This document shows, one piece after another, positions 63,552 to 64,000 of a stretch of DNA of 64,000 nucleotides. Under the pieces are notes generated by a model, which worked only from the letters and a program-made list of their open reading frames with translations, was not told the origin of the DNA and ran no database searches. The translations under genes and the position numbers were made by a program. The stretch lies in contig JAXLNO010003530.1 of NCBI GenBank assembly GCA_038087875.1, forward strand, positions 62,001-126,000. Direction: 5' to 3'. Source of the DNA: Malacoraja senta (lineage: Eukaryota). The number at the start of each line of letters is the position of its first letter. Position 1 is the first letter of the stretch.

Positions 63552-63937
63552 TATATCATGCTTTGCGGTGAAGGGTGGCACAGTGGCACAGCTGGTAGGG
63601 CCACTGCTCACTATGCCAGAGACCCGGGTTCGATCCTGACCTTGGGTGCTGGGAATGTGTAGGGAGTGAATGAGAAAGTGGGGTAACATTGAACTAGTAT
63701 AAGTGGGTGATAAATGCTTGGCATCGGCTCGGTGGTGTATCTCTAAACTAAACTAAGGCCCCCGAAGAGTTTGAAGGACTCTCCAAGCTCTAGCGAGAAA
63801 ATAAGATATCTCTTGCCATTTTCTTTACGAAAGGCTCAAATTTCCACAGTTGATGAGACCCACAGATACCAGTCCTCCACCTGACTGACACTGATCAGTG
63901 CACTGTGGCCATGGGGTAGGGGTGTTGAGGCAAGGTT

Positions 63938-64000
63938 GTGTATGTGTGCATATGTGTGCGTGTGTGTGCGTGTGTATGTATCCATGTGTGTGTGCGCATG
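63938..64000. repeat. (TG)n-type microsatellite running off the window
   Basis: TG/CG/TA low complexity. Confidence 0.9.

Noticed and set aside
1652-63650. tRNA genes suggested by A/B boxes
   Set aside because: The boxes are SINE heads followed by the V-domain and LINE-derived tail; no complete cloverleaf or terminator was seen.
1035-63755. Antisense bias of SINEs relative to LMX1A (about 15 minus vs 9 plus by my count)
   Set aside because: Sample too small to distinguish from chance.
58248-63755. Inverted SINEs promoting circularisation of the LIM2 exon
   Set aside because: The nearest full-length flanking SINEs (59076, 61021, 62198) share one orientation, and opposite-strand neighbours are degenerate; no direct support.

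Overview
Repeat-rich vertebrate DNA, most likely a cartilaginous fish such as a skate or ray (inferred from HE1/V-SINE-type SINEs, HER1-like CR1 LINEs and Penelope-type repeats). The only host coding sequence I can support is one 233-bp exon (60717-60949, +) encoding the second LIM domain of LMX1A, so the window probably lies within the introns on either side of that exon. The rest is mostly mobile elements. These include a near-complete DIRS1-type tyrosine-recombinase retrotransposon (27555-32943, -) with its terminal repeats and internal complementary region intact, interrupted by an L1-like fragment. There are also two long 5'-truncated CR1 LINEs, a Rex1/Babar LINE and more than 20 V-SINEs. 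Many Penelope-like termini carry minimal hammerhead-ribozyme cores. Several non-autonomous DNA transposons are present: one hAT-like with a 7-bp TSD, a Harbinger MITE, and a 653-bp foldback containing a SINE fragment. A GC-rich non-coding retroposon family and several repeat-free enhancer-like islands complete the picture. There are two assembly gaps. Almost all other ORFs in the track are spurious. Family names come from recalled motifs, not database searches, and boundaries of degenerate repeats are approximate.
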